64,000 nt of DNA from Clostridia bacterium (lineage in GTDB: Bacteria > Bacillota > Clostridia > Oscillospirales > CAG-382). Under the pieces are notes generated by a model that was not told the DNA's origin, ran no database searches, and worked only from the letters and a program-made list of their open reading frames with translations. A program made the translations under genes and the position numbers. Numbering within the stretch: the first letter of the stretch is position 1; each line of letters begins with the position of its first letter. The stretch is from positions 2,454-66,453 of the forward strand of contig JAGAKP010000018.1 of NCBI GenBank assembly GCA_017625615.1, given 5' to 3'. Shown here in pieces: positions 27,965 through 37,458 of the stretch.

Positions 27965-28362
27965 TGAAAAAGAATTTTAAAGATATCGCCCTTATCGCGC
28001 TGGGCTCCTACGCTCTGCTTTCGATGGCGTATATCCTTACCCTCGTTTCGGGTATAACGGACGAAACCGTAAAAATCGTTGCCTCTCTTTTCGGCAAACA
28101 GCTTTTGTTTATATTGGTGTACAGTATAGTCATCGGCGTGTCCTTCTTGGTCTTCGGGCTTAAATCAAGCCCTATCGCCAAAAGACTTATACATATCGCC
28201 GTCACCTATGGCGCTACCGTTGCGGTAATGCTTCTTTTGGTGGCTTCCGATACCAACGCGGCTCAAAAGCTCATTTACGTGGTAATAACCACCGTTGCCT
28301 TTGCTGCGGTTTACGGTCTTGTCAGCTTGTTTGTATATCTTATCAAAAGGAATAAGCAGTAA
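27964..28362 (+). CDS. small integral membrane protein (about 4 TM helices)
   Basis: 132 aa and hydrophobic throughout; translationally coupled to the preceding P-loop ORF. Confidence 0.5.
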   Translation: MKKNFKDIALIALGSYALLSMAYILTLVSGITDETVKIVASLFGKQLLFILVYSIVIGVSFLVFGLKSSPIAKRLIHIAVTYGATVAVMLLLVASDTNAAQKLIYVVITTVAFAAVYGLVSLFVYLIKRNKQ

Positions 28363-28418
28363 AATTTTAAGCACCTTCTTTTTCAAGAGGGTGCTTATTT
28401 CGTTTAAGGGGAATTATT

Positions 28419-28832
28419 ATGAAGGGCTCAAACATTATAGCCGTCTTTAACAAGGACCATACCAAGGTGCTTATGTGCAAGCGCAGGTCGGACCCGTACA
28501 AGGGAAAATACAATTTCGTAGGCGGTAAGATAGAGCAGGGGGAGGACGGTATGAGCGCCGCCTACCGCGAGCTTGAGGAGGAGACGGGAATTACCCGTCG
28601 GGATATATCGCTTATTCATTTTATAGATTTCACCTATCATTGGTACGGCATCCGCCTTGAGTTTTATATCGGCAGACTTAATAGCGATATCCCCGTCCAC
28701 GGTGATGAAAACGACCTTTTATGGATCCCTCTGGATTCCGATTTTTTTGATATATCCACCTTCGCCGGCGAGGGCAATATTGGGCATATGATGCTCTTGG
28801 TTGAAATGGAAAAGGAAAAAATTTTTAAATAA
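28419..28832 (+). CDS. NUDIX hydrolase
   Basis: Nudix box GGKIEQGEDGMSAAYRELEEETGI. Confidence 0.82.
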   Translation: MKGSNIIAVFNKDHTKVLMCKRRSDPYKGKYNFVGGKIEQGEDGMSAAYRELEEETGITRRDISLIHFIDFTYHWYGIRLEFYIGRLNSDIPVHGDENDLLWIPLDSDFFDISTFAGEGNIGHMMLLVEMEKEKIFK

Positions 28833-28834
28833 TT

Positions 28835-28866
28835 AAATCGCATCCTTCAGAGGATGCGATTTTTAA
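28835..28866. terminator. bidirectional intrinsic terminator between convergent genes
   Basis: Perfect 10-bp stem ATCGCATCCT-tcag-AGGATGCGAT flanked by A-run and T-run. Confidence 0.82.
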
Positions 28867-28874
28867 TACACTTA

Positions 28875-29939
28875 TCACAAAAGTCCGCATTCGGGGTGTA
28901 TCCTTGTTTTGTCTACCGGCTTGATTTTTTTATTGCTCCACGGATAGGATATTTCGTACAGCAGGGTTTCAAAGCTTATGGCGGGAAGGGAATCAAACAA
29001 GGAATACGCAAAATGATCTTTGGGAAGACCGATAACGAACATGCCGTAGTTTTTGATTATTTCTTTTTTTATCTCCTTCAGGAATATACGCGCCGTTCTC
29101 TCGCTGTCGTCCTTGCAGGTAAAAAATGAAAGCATGGGGAAATCAAGTGCGGCGTTTTCCTTCGGCAGCCTTATATATCCGAAAAGTGATATCAGCGGAT
29201 TAAACAACCGTGCCGCCTTCATCCATCGCCCGTATCTTTTAACCACGTACTGCTTGTAGGGAGTCTGATTCCATAATGCGGCGGCGGCTATTATTCTTTC
29301 GCCGTCAAGAAGCAGATAAAAATCGGTGTAATTCAAATTATAAAATCCTTCCGCGCCTTCAAATACGGGAAACAGATCCTTTTTTGCTCCCTCATTATTC
29401 AAAAAGCGTGTTATATCCTCTCCGTCCCCATCGGTCGCGCGCCTGAAAACGTAGGCGTGCTTTGGAGCAGAAATCCTTACTCTCGGGTTAAGGATAAAGG
29501 TTTTGTACGAAGCAAAGGGCTTCATTGAAATAACGCGCCTTGCACGTTCAAACATTTTCACGGCATCACGGTTGTCCGCCACGACGGAGCAATAATAAAA
29601 GTCGATATCATCGCGGTAAAGTCCTTTTATAAACTCCGCACCGAACCCGACGTTGCCTGCGAACTCCGCATCTTTTTTAAGTCCGCAGACGTACGCCGCC
29701 TTGCAGGGCTTTCCGTCAATATAAAGAGTGCGTACAATTTCGGCGCAGGTGCCGATTGCGTTTTCTCCGCGCCTTGAAACAAATACCCTCGCTTCACCCC
29801 ATTCCTTCATATAGGACTCATAGGCATCGGGACGGCGGGTGTACAACAGTTCAATGCTTCCCTTGGCGGCAGAGCTTTCAAGTATACGCAAAATCTCTTT
29901 TCCGTCGGTCGGGGATGCTGAAAATTTGGACTCACTCAT
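28875..29939 (-). CDS. hypothetical protein, possibly a two-lobed acyltransferase (GNAT-like); family not securely recognised
   Basis: 354-aa ORF, last gene of the permease/radical-SAM operon, with a 4-nt overlap to the upstream gene. Only weak resemblance to acyl-CoA N-acyltransferase folds. Confidence 0.45.
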   Translation of the reverse strand: MSESKFSASPTDGKEILRILESSAAKGSIELLYTRRPDAYESYMKEWGEARVFVSRRGENAIGTCAEIVRTLYIDGKPCKAAYVCGLKKDAEFAGNVGFGAEFIKGLYRDDIDFYYCSVVADNRDAVKMFERARRVISMKPFASYKTFILNPRVRISAPKHAYVFRRATDGDGEDITRFLNNEGAKKDLFPVFEGAEGFYNLNYTDFYLLLDGERIIAAAALWNQTPYKQYVVKRYGRWMKAARLFNPLISLFGYIRLPKENAALDFPMLSFFTCKDDSERTARIFLKEIKKEIIKNYGMFVIGLPKDHFAYSLFDSLPAISFETLLYEISYPWSNKKIKPVDKTRIHPECGLL

Positions 29940-31276
29940 TTTTTCTTTTCCTCAAGATTTTCTCCGATAGGAATACCAAAACGCTTGTCTATCTCAAAGT
30001 GGAAAATAATATTTATGACCCAGTAAGCAAAATTGATCAAGAAACCCTTACTGCGCTTGCGCATGGTTTTTCCCCGTCTGAAAATAGAGGGAAAGCTGAA
30101 ATACTTCTTTCTGTATCCCTTACAGCAAGCGCGCAAATGGTCGGATGTGATCTGCTTTGGGTTAAAGGTGACCATACCGAAGGTATATCCGCTTTCCAGC
30201 CACCATTTTTCGGATATCAGGCGTCCGTCCGCCTTGAAGGATTCGTAGGTCTTTGTGTTGGGGAATATGAGCAGGTGGTTAAAAGCAACTACAAAGAACT
30301 GATGCTTTTCACAGAATTCAAGGGTTGCCTTGAAGGTATCCTCGTTGTCCGAATCAAAGCCGAATACGAAGCTTGCGTATATACCGATACCCACGTCGTG
30401 TATCTTTTGAATGAGCTTCTCCCGTTCCCCGAGCCGTTCCGACCAGCCCTTGTTCATCTGCTTAAGGTTATCGCTTTCAATAGACTCAAAGCCGATGAGC
30501 ACCATTTCACATCCGCTTTCCTTCATCAGATGAAGCATCTCGTCATCTCTGGCAATATCGAGGGTTATCTGTGTCGTCCAGATGATATCGAGCTTTTTCA
30601 GCTCCTCAAACAGCTCCTTGGCAAAGGATCTGTTTGAAAAAATACTGTCGTCCACAAAAAAGAATATCTTGTGTCTGCATGCTTTTATCTCGGCAATAAT
30701 ATCCTCCACCTCACGGTGTATGTAGCATTGCTTGTAATATCCTGCAATGGAGCAGAATTCACAGTTGTGATAGCATCCGCGCCCCGTTTCCACAAGGGAT
30801 ACGGGCAGATATTTTTTCATCTTATCGGCATAAATGCTTCTGTCGGGCATTTTATACATAATACACGCACCGCCGTCATATCTCGGCTGAAGCGTGTCGT
30901 TTTCAATATCGTTCAGCACTTGCGAAATAATTCCGTCCGCGTTGCCTACCATAATGCTGTCGGAGTGCAGAACAGCCTCCTCGGGACAAAGGGTTACGTG
31001 ATACCCGCCCATAACGACCTTCTTGCCTCGCTTTCTGAATTCGGACGCGATATAGTAAGCACGCTTTGCGGTATAGGTCTCGACCGTGATGAAAACTATA
31101 TCCGTTTTTGTATCGTAGTTTATTTTTTCTATTCTGTCATCAAAGAACTCGCGTTCATACGTGTCGGGTATCATCGAGTTTAATACCGCAACGGTAAGCG
31201 GCTCCATCAGCCAGCTTTTAAGATACTTTTGCCCCGTTTTTTTACCGATAGCGGGGAGAATAAAGGTTATTTTCAT
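29936..31276 (-). CDS. B12-binding-domain radical SAM protein (COG1032-type)
   Basis: N-terminal Rossmann-like MKITFILPAIGKK...VVMGGYH and a GRGCYHNCEFC CxxxCxxC motif; 446 aa. Confidence 0.85.
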   Translation of the reverse strand: MKITFILPAIGKKTGQKYLKSWLMEPLTVAVLNSMIPDTYEREFFDDRIEKINYDTKTDIVFITVETYTAKRAYYIASEFRKRGKKVVMGGYHVTLCPEEAVLHSDSIMVGNADGIISQVLNDIENDTLQPRYDGGACIMYKMPDRSIYADKMKKYLPVSLVETGRGCYHNCEFCSIAGYYKQCYIHREVEDIIAEIKACRHKIFFFVDDSIFSNRSFAKELFEELKKLDIIWTTQITLDIARDDEMLHLMKESGCEMVLIGFESIESDNLKQMNKGWSERLGEREKLIQKIHDVGIGIYASFVFGFDSDNEDTFKATLEFCEKHQFFVVAFNHLLIFPNTKTYESFKADGRLISEKWWLESGYTFGMVTFNPKQITSDHLRACCKGYRKKYFSFPSIFRRGKTMRKRSKGFLINFAYWVINIIFHFEIDKRFGIPIGENLEEKKK

Positions 31277-32625
31277 TGGTTTGCTCCTTTCGGTAAAGGA
31301 ATATCGCTATTGTCCGACATTACGTCGGCACCGAATATTTCAAATTCCTTGGCGTATTTTCTGTATCCGACGTTGACGAGCATAAATAGGCTTTTCATTG
31401 TTTTGGGCTTGGTGAGGTCAAGTCGTTTAATGATATTCTTCCACGAATAGGTTTCCTTCCACGCCCACGCGATACCTGCCTCAAGCTCCTCTTTCGTCAT
31501 CTGCTTGGGCCTGTACACGCAATGCTCCACGTCGTACATGGCAAAGTCGTGCTCCACGATGCGCCCCTCCGCCTCAAGCTCGCGGTAAAATTCGGTGCCG
31601 GGGAAGGGAGTGATAATGGAAAAACGCGGAAGGTCGATCTTTGCTTCGATACAAAGCTCAACCGTGCGCTTGAATACGTCGGGCCCGTCCTCGTCCGCGC
31701 CGAAGGCAAAGCATCCCATAACCATAATACCCTTGCGGTGAAGCTTGTCTATAAGCGCCTTGTATTCTTCTACGTGGTTAACACCCTTGCGTATGCCTTG
31801 TTGAGTCGCCTGATTGACCGATTCAAAGCCGATAAGCAATCCCTTGCATCCGCTTTTTTGAAAAATATCCAAAAGCTCGTCGTTGTGACCGATGGCGGTA
31901 GTCGTAAGTCCCATCCACCATTTTTTAAGAGGGATCATCGCCGTAAAAAGGTCCTTTGCGTACTGTACGTCGGCAATAAGGTTAACGTCGGGGAAGATGA
32001 CCTCTTTTCCTTTAAAGGTCTTTATTTCCGCTATAACGTCCTCAACGGGGCGCGTTATCACTCTTTTGCCGAATGCGGCGGGGTAGGCGCAAAAGGTGCA
32101 GGAATGGTTACATCCACGTACAGCCTCCACAGTATTTAAGGTTATGTATTTTTTCTTGTTCAGCAGATCCTTTCTCGGTATGGGTCTGTTTGCTATATCA
32201 CCGCAGCAGTCACCGCGGTAAAAGGGCTTAAGGCTTCCGTCTTTAATATCCAAAAGCGCCTGAGGAAAGGTCTTTTCTCCCAATCCGATAAGCACGGAAT
32301 CCGCGTGCAAGGCAGCTTCCTCGGGCATAAGTGACGGATGCACACCGCCGAGAAGCACCGTCTTTCCAATACTTCTGAAATAATCTGCGTATCTGTAGCA
32401 TCTTGAAGAGGTGCCCGTAATGCAGGTGATCGCAATAACGTCCGCATCGTTATCAATAGGAATTGCGTTTGCGGTCTCGTCGTAAATAACCACCTCCGCA
32501 TCAAGCTCCTTCGGAACGAGGGCTGCAAGCAGAGCAAGAGTTATGGGCGCGTAATGCAATCCCTTGTGAAACATTCCGTTGTATCTGTGCATAGCTCCGG
32601 CGGGAGAAACAAGTGCAATTTTCAT
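31273..32625 (-). CDS. B12-binding-domain radical SAM protein (COG1032-type), paralog of the downstream gene
   Basis: MKIALVSPAG...VLLGGVHPS N-domain and a VRGCNHSCTFC CxxxCxxC motif; 450 aa; 4-nt overlap with the next gene. Confidence 0.85.
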   Translation of the reverse strand: MKIALVSPAGAMHRYNGMFHKGLHYAPITLALLAALVPKELDAEVVIYDETANAIPIDNDADVIAITCITGTSSRCYRYADYFRSIGKTVLLGGVHPSLMPEEAALHADSVLIGLGEKTFPQALLDIKDGSLKPFYRGDCCGDIANRPIPRKDLLNKKKYITLNTVEAVRGCNHSCTFCAYPAAFGKRVITRPVEDVIAEIKTFKGKEVIFPDVNLIADVQYAKDLFTAMIPLKKWWMGLTTTAIGHNDELLDIFQKSGCKGLLIGFESVNQATQQGIRKGVNHVEEYKALIDKLHRKGIMVMGCFAFGADEDGPDVFKRTVELCIEAKIDLPRFSIITPFPGTEFYRELEAEGRIVEHDFAMYDVEHCVYRPKQMTKEELEAGIAWAWKETYSWKNIIKRLDLTKPKTMKSLFMLVNVGYRKYAKEFEIFGADVMSDNSDIPLPKGANQ

Positions 32626-32639
32626 AAATTCTCCTTTAA

Positions 32640-33788
32640 TTAATCAATGGGAATGAAGGAAGATATCGCCATCAGTATTATCGAGACGGCAACCGCAGCG
32701 AGCATAATTTTGTTTGCAGAAAGTCTGCCGAGCAATAAGGGCTGTCTCGCCTTTTTTACGGCGTTGCGGTATGCGGGAAGCACTACGATTATCAGTATGA
32801 CCGATAAAGCCCCCGCGCCGATCTGCACGTAATCAATAACGGAAAGAGGCAGAAAAATTGCTGTCAAAAGGGCGGGAACGGTAGCTATAAGCCACGCAGG
32901 CAGTCGGGGAATACCAAATTGACCCTTTATGACGTCCGTAAAAGCAAATCCGCTTGACCAGAATGACGTAAACATGGCAAACAGCACCAGCACCGAGCAT
33001 ATCACCTTTACTGCGGGATGACCGATACCGTCGGCAAGCCCGATAGTTGCTACCTCGGTTATGCTTTCCGATCCGAGTATGACCGCCGCGGTAAAAATTA
33101 CGGTTATTATTCCGTTAAGAGTAAGACCGCCTAAAATCGCTTTTCCCGCAAGAGCGGGCTTTTCTATATGATTACAAACCTGAATAACGGAGAATATTGC
33201 AGAAAAAGAGAACATAAACAGTCCGTATACGGCAAATACCTTTCCCGTATCGCCAAAGGAAAAATCAAAGCTTCCTTTTACGTTGAAGCAGGCAAGCACC
33301 GTGAGGACTGCCACCGCAACACCGATAAGAATTACGGAGATCTTTTCTCCAATCCCCATTCCCTTTACTCCGAATACTACGATAAGGGACGAAAGTATAT
33401 AAAAAATTATTTTTGCTGCGTTTCCGTTTATGGGGATAAGGGCGGTTATTACACTTTCCGCGCACATAATATATACTACGAGATTTTCAAGCAGCAAAAG
33501 CACCAGCAAAACAAAGAACACGATATTCAGCGCCTTTTTTCCTTTTCCACTGAATAAATGCTCGTTCAGAATGGCTATCAGATCCTCGGGACGGCTTGAC
33601 TGTCTCGTAAGGTCGGCGATGATAAGATACATAAATGCACTTGCCGCGTATGCAAGCAGAAGGGAAGTAATGGTTCCGAATACGCCGATTTTGCTTATAG
33701 CGTAGGGAATGGTAAGAATACCGGTTCCTATTCCCGCTCCCGCTACGAGCATAAGCGACTCCGTGAACGTAAGCTTTTTGCTTTTCAT
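32640..33788 (-). CDS. amino-acid permease (aromatic amino acid/H+ symporter-like, about 11 TM)
   Basis: 382-aa polytopic ORF. The N-terminal LMLVAGAGIGTGILTIPYAI segment resembles the Trp/Tyr permease (TnaB/Mtr/TyrP) family. First gene of the operon. Confidence 0.7.
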   Translation of the reverse strand: MKSKKLTFTESLMLVAGAGIGTGILTIPYAISKIGVFGTITSLLLAYAASAFMYLIIADLTRQSSRPEDLIAILNEHLFSGKGKKALNIVFFVLLVLLLLENLVVYIMCAESVITALIPINGNAAKIIFYILSSLIVVFGVKGMGIGEKISVILIGVAVAVLTVLACFNVKGSFDFSFGDTGKVFAVYGLFMFSFSAIFSVIQVCNHIEKPALAGKAILGGLTLNGIITVIFTAAVILGSESITEVATIGLADGIGHPAVKVICSVLVLFAMFTSFWSSGFAFTDVIKGQFGIPRLPAWLIATVPALLTAIFLPLSVIDYVQIGAGALSVILIIVVLPAYRNAVKKARQPLLLGRLSANKIMLAAVAVSIILMAISSFIPID

Positions 33789-33960
33789 AAAAACTTTCCT
33801 TTGTATTATTTTAGTATATTATATCATAAAATATCGTACTTGTCTACTGTGCGAGACGAAAAAACCATTATACCCGCATAAACCTGTCTTTTGGTATTGC
33901 AAGGAGGAAAAAAATATGATATAATCATTATAAAGAAACTTTACGCAAAGGAGGCTCGTT

Positions 33961-35415
33961 ATGGCGGACTTTATACAGAATACCTTCGGTATCACTTCTC
34001 CTGCGGCTATCGCGGTAATTACAATAGCCCTTATGCTTTTTTGCGGCTTTGCTATGACGAGGCTTACCAAGCTTTTAAAGCTTCCCAACGTCACCGCGTA
34101 CATAATAACCGGCATTTTTCTCGGTCCATTTTGTCTTGATGCGGTGCCGCAGACCATAATCGACGGAACCGAGTTTCTTTCCGACGTGGCTCTGGCGTTT
34201 ATCGCCTTCAGCACCGGTGAGTTTTTTAAGTTAAACGTGCTCAAAAAGAACGGCGCAAAGGTGGTTCTTATTACACTGACCGAGGCGTTTCTTGCCTCTG
34301 CGGCGGTTTTCGGTGTGCTGTACGGAATACTCCGTGTAGACCTTGCCTTTTCCATAGTTCTTTCCGCGCTGGCGGCGGCTACTGCCTCCGCATCCACTAT
34401 GATGACCATACGGCAGACCGGTGCAAAGGGAGACTTCGTAAACACTCTTTTGCAGGTAGTCGCCCTTGATAACGTAATAAGCCTTATTGCCTATTCCGTT
34501 TCCATCTCCGTCGCCGTTGCCCTTATCGGAGGAGAGAAAAACGCCACCGCAGGCGACGTTTTCTTCCCGCTCCTTATAAATATGGGCGTTTTCCTGCTCG
34601 GCGGCGTGTTCGGATTTTTCCTTACCGCTCTTTTAAAGAAGCGTTCTACGGATAACCGCCTTATAGTTTCAATAGCGGTTCTCTTTGCCTTTTGCGGTGT
34701 TTGTGCCGTTCTTGACGTTTCGCCTCTGCTGGGCTGTATGTCAATGGCTACCGTTTACGTAAACGTTTCGGGTGATGAAAAGCTGTTCAAGCAGCTCAAT
34801 TACTTCAGCCCGCCCTTGCTGCTGTTGTTCTTCGTCCGCTCGGGAGTGAGCTTCGACCTCGGCGCGTTGTTTGATTTTTCAGCTTCCGTGGGCTCGGTGT
34901 CACTGCTCGTTATCGGAATTGCGTATTTTACGGTCAGAATTGTCGGCAAATACGCAGGCGCATATCTCGGCAGTATGCTTGCGGGCAAGGATAAAAAGGT
35001 GCGTAACAACTTGGGACTTGCGCTTATCCCGCAGGCAGGCGTCAGTATCGGTCTTGCAGCCCTCGGCGCAAGAGCTATCGGCGGGGAGGTCGGTCAGGCA
35101 CTTCATACTGTAATACTTGCTTCCGGCGTGCTGTACGAGCTTGTGGGCCCCGCGGCGGCAAAGCTTTCCCTTCATCTTGCAGGCTCATATTCGGAAAAAA
35201 TCGAGGATATCGTCCTCGTTGAGACCGTCACCGAAGACGGTAAAACCAAAACCGAGGCTCAGCTTTTGGTTGAGCGAATACAAAAAATACAAAAGGAGCT
35301 TCCCGAAAAGGGGGATACCCCCACGGAAGACGAGCAAGCCTTTCTGGAGGCGGCAGAGGAGCAGTACGCCGCAATGCTCGCTTCAAGGCGAAGACCTTTT
35401 TCAAGAAACAGATAA
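33961..35415 (+). CDS. cation:proton antiporter (CPA1/CPA2, Na+/H+ exchanger family)
   Basis: 484 aa with about 12 TM helices and a LPNVTAYIITGIFLGP N-terminal motif. It ends in a hydrophilic C-terminal tail. Confidence 0.8.
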   Translation: MADFIQNTFGITSPAAIAVITIALMLFCGFAMTRLTKLLKLPNVTAYIITGIFLGPFCLDAVPQTIIDGTEFLSDVALAFIAFSTGEFFKLNVLKKNGAKVVLITLTEAFLASAAVFGVLYGILRVDLAFSIVLSALAAATASASTMMTIRQTGAKGDFVNTLLQVVALDNVISLIAYSVSISVAVALIGGEKNATAGDVFFPLLINMGVFLLGGVFGFFLTALLKKRSTDNRLIVSIAVLFAFCGVCAVLDVSPLLGCMSMATVYVNVSGDEKLFKQLNYFSPPLLLLFFVRSGVSFDLGALFDFSASVGSVSLLVIGIAYFTVRIVGKYAGAYLGSMLAGKDKKVRNNLGLALIPQAGVSIGLAALGARAIGGEVGQALHTVILASGVLYELVGPAAAKLSLHLAGSYSEKIEDIVLVETVTEDGKTKTEAQLLVERIQKIQKELPEKGDTPTEDEQAFLEAAEEQYAAMLASRRRPFSRNR

Positions 35416-35427
35416 GGAGTGTGTAAA

Positions 35428-36153
35428 ATGCCCGTTATAAACGATCCTTTGGCTATTCTTATGGGAGAATGGTCCGCTCAGATAAACATATACACCATAC
35501 TTTTGCGTATCGGAATTTCAATGCTTTTTTCCGCTTTTATCGGAATTGAGCGTTCCTCCAAGCGCCACTCTGCGGGACTCCGTACCTTTATAATCGTGTC
35601 CCTCGCAGGCACCCTCGCAATGCTTACGGATATTTTCCTTATGAGCTCCACTCAAATGTCCATTCCCGTAATATCTGCGGCGGCTATAATCGGCGGCGCT
35701 ATGATCAGCGGCAACTCCGTTCTGTACAGCTCTAAAAGTCAGATAAAGGGACTTACCACCTCGGCGGCATTGTGGGCTTGCGGCGTTATAGGCTTAACGG
35801 CAGGGGCGGGAATGTATACCGTCACCGCAGTTGCATTCGTTGCGGTTATATGCGGTCTTTCTCTGTTCCCCACCATCGAGCACGGACTTAAGGACAGATT
35901 CAACCACTTCGAGATCCACCTTGAATTAAAGAACAAAAGCAACCTGCAGGATTTCGTTACCACCATCCGCCAGCTCGGTATGGTCATAGATAACATCGAA
36001 TCCAACCCTGCCTACATCAACTCGGGCTTAAGCGTTTACACCGTATCCGTTACCATAAACGGAAAAGAGCTTAAAAAGTACAAAAAGCACAGCGAGATAA
36101 TTCAGGCGCTCAGCACTCTTGAATACGTTTACCACATTGAAGAAATGGAATGA
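35428..36153 (+). CDS. mgtC: MgtC/SapB family membrane protein
   Basis: IGIERSSKRHSAGLRTFIIVSLAG motif plus a C-terminal ACT-like domain. The ATG at 35428 is 8 nt after an AAGGAG RBS. Confidence 0.8.
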   Translation: MPVINDPLAILMGEWSAQINIYTILLRIGISMLFSAFIGIERSSKRHSAGLRTFIIVSLAGTLAMLTDIFLMSSTQMSIPVISAAAIIGGAMISGNSVLYSSKSQIKGLTTSAALWACGVIGLTAGAGMYTVTAVAFVAVICGLSLFPTIEHGLKDRFNHFEIHLELKNKSNLQDFVTTIRQLGMVIDNIESNPAYINSGLSVYTVSVTINGKELKKYKKHSEIIQALSTLEYVYHIEEME

Positions 36154-36159
36154 TACGTT

Positions 36160-37182
36160 ATGATACGTTTTGAATGTGATTATACCGACGGATGCGCTCC
36201 GCAGGTTATGGAAGCTCTCGTACGCACCAATTCTCTCAACACCGTAGGCTACGGTATGGACGAGTTTTGTGCACGTGCAAAGGAAAAAATAAAAAAGATT
36301 TGTAACGCGCCCGACGCAGAGGTTCACTTTGCGGTAGGTGGCACTCAGGCGAACACTATAATAATCTCTTCTGTTCTCCGCCCCTACGAGGGCGTGGTGT
36401 GCTGTAACAGCGGTCATATCAACGTCCACGAAACGGGCGCTATCGAGGCGACGGGACACAAGGTAATGGCACTTCCCGCAGTTGACGGAAAGCTTACCGC
36501 CGCCGCTTTAAGGGAGCTTTTGGCGGTCCCCACCAACGAGCACGAGGTAAAGGCGGGAATGGTATATATTTCTCATCCCACGGAAACGGGCTCCCTTTAC
36601 TCCGCAAAGGAGCTTGAGGAGATATATGCGGTCTGCAAGGAGAATGAAATTCCTTTGTTTGTAGACGGCGCCCGTCTTGCATACGGTCTTGCTGCAGGCA
36701 AGGACGTAGACCTTCCTTTTCTTGCAAGCCATTGCGACGTTTTCTATATCGGCGGCACCAAATGCGGCGCTTTGTTCGGAGAGGCTATGGTGTTTACCAA
36801 CCCCGATCTTGCTTATAATATCCGTCACATGATCAAACGCCACGGCGCGCTTCTTGCAAAGGGCAGACTTTTGGGCGTTCAGTTTGACGCTTTGTTTACC
36901 GACGGAGTATATTTTGAACTTGGCTCCCACGCCATGGCTCTCGCCGAAAAGGTAAAAAAATGTCTTTCCGAATGCGGCGTAAGCGTGTATTATCCATCTC
37001 CCTCCAACCAGATATTCCCCATCTTTGAAAACACCGTTTTGGATTCCTTGAAGGAAAAATATACCTTCGAGCATATCGCATCCCTTGGCGATAAAACAGC
37101 CGTCCGCATCTGCACCGGCTGGTCAACGACGGAAGAAAACGTGGATATGCTTATAAAGGATATAAAGAATACCGTAAAGTAA
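36160..37182 (+). CDS. ltaE: low-specificity L-threonine aldolase / beta-eliminating lyase family PLP enzyme
   Basis: FECDYTDG N-terminus, GGTQANT, and a GGTKCGA PLP-lysine region typical of threonine aldolases. Confidence 0.8.
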   Translation: MIRFECDYTDGCAPQVMEALVRTNSLNTVGYGMDEFCARAKEKIKKICNAPDAEVHFAVGGTQANTIIISSVLRPYEGVVCCNSGHINVHETGAIEATGHKVMALPAVDGKLTAAALRELLAVPTNEHEVKAGMVYISHPTETGSLYSAKELEEIYAVCKENEIPLFVDGARLAYGLAAGKDVDLPFLASHCDVFYIGGTKCGALFGEAMVFTNPDLAYNIRHMIKRHGALLAKGRLLGVQFDALFTDGVYFELGSHAMALAEKVKKCLSECGVSVYYPSPSNQIFPIFENTVLDSLKEKYTFEHIASLGDKTAVRICTGWSTTEENVDMLIKDIKNTVK

Positions 37183-37236
37183 CATTAAAAAACCGCCGAA
37201 ATAATCGGAGGTTTTGTGTTGGTGGAATTGTAAAGG

Positions 37237-37440
37237 TCAAATATAATATTTTCCGTCAGCGGTTTTATTTATAATACCTTTTTTAACCATTCTTTCGGTG
37301 ACTCCGGGCAATATGTTTGGTTTTATTATGCCCGCATCTGCCAAGGTCTTTGCAGTTTCGGGCGACGTCGCACCGCTTTGACGCAGTCTTTTTATTATGA
37401 CTTTTTTTCTTATGAGTATAAACGGCGGGAAGAATACCAT
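37237..37440 (-). CDS. small hypothetical protein downstream of the sigma-factor gene
   Basis: 67-aa ORF, 18 nt after the sigma-factor stop, with a basic N-terminus. No family recognised. Confidence 0.35.
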   Translation of the reverse strand: MVFFPPFILIRKKVIIKRLRQSGATSPETAKTLADAGIIKPNILPGVTERMVKKGIINKTADGKYYI

Positions 37441-37458
37441 ATTATTACGCTCCTCTTT

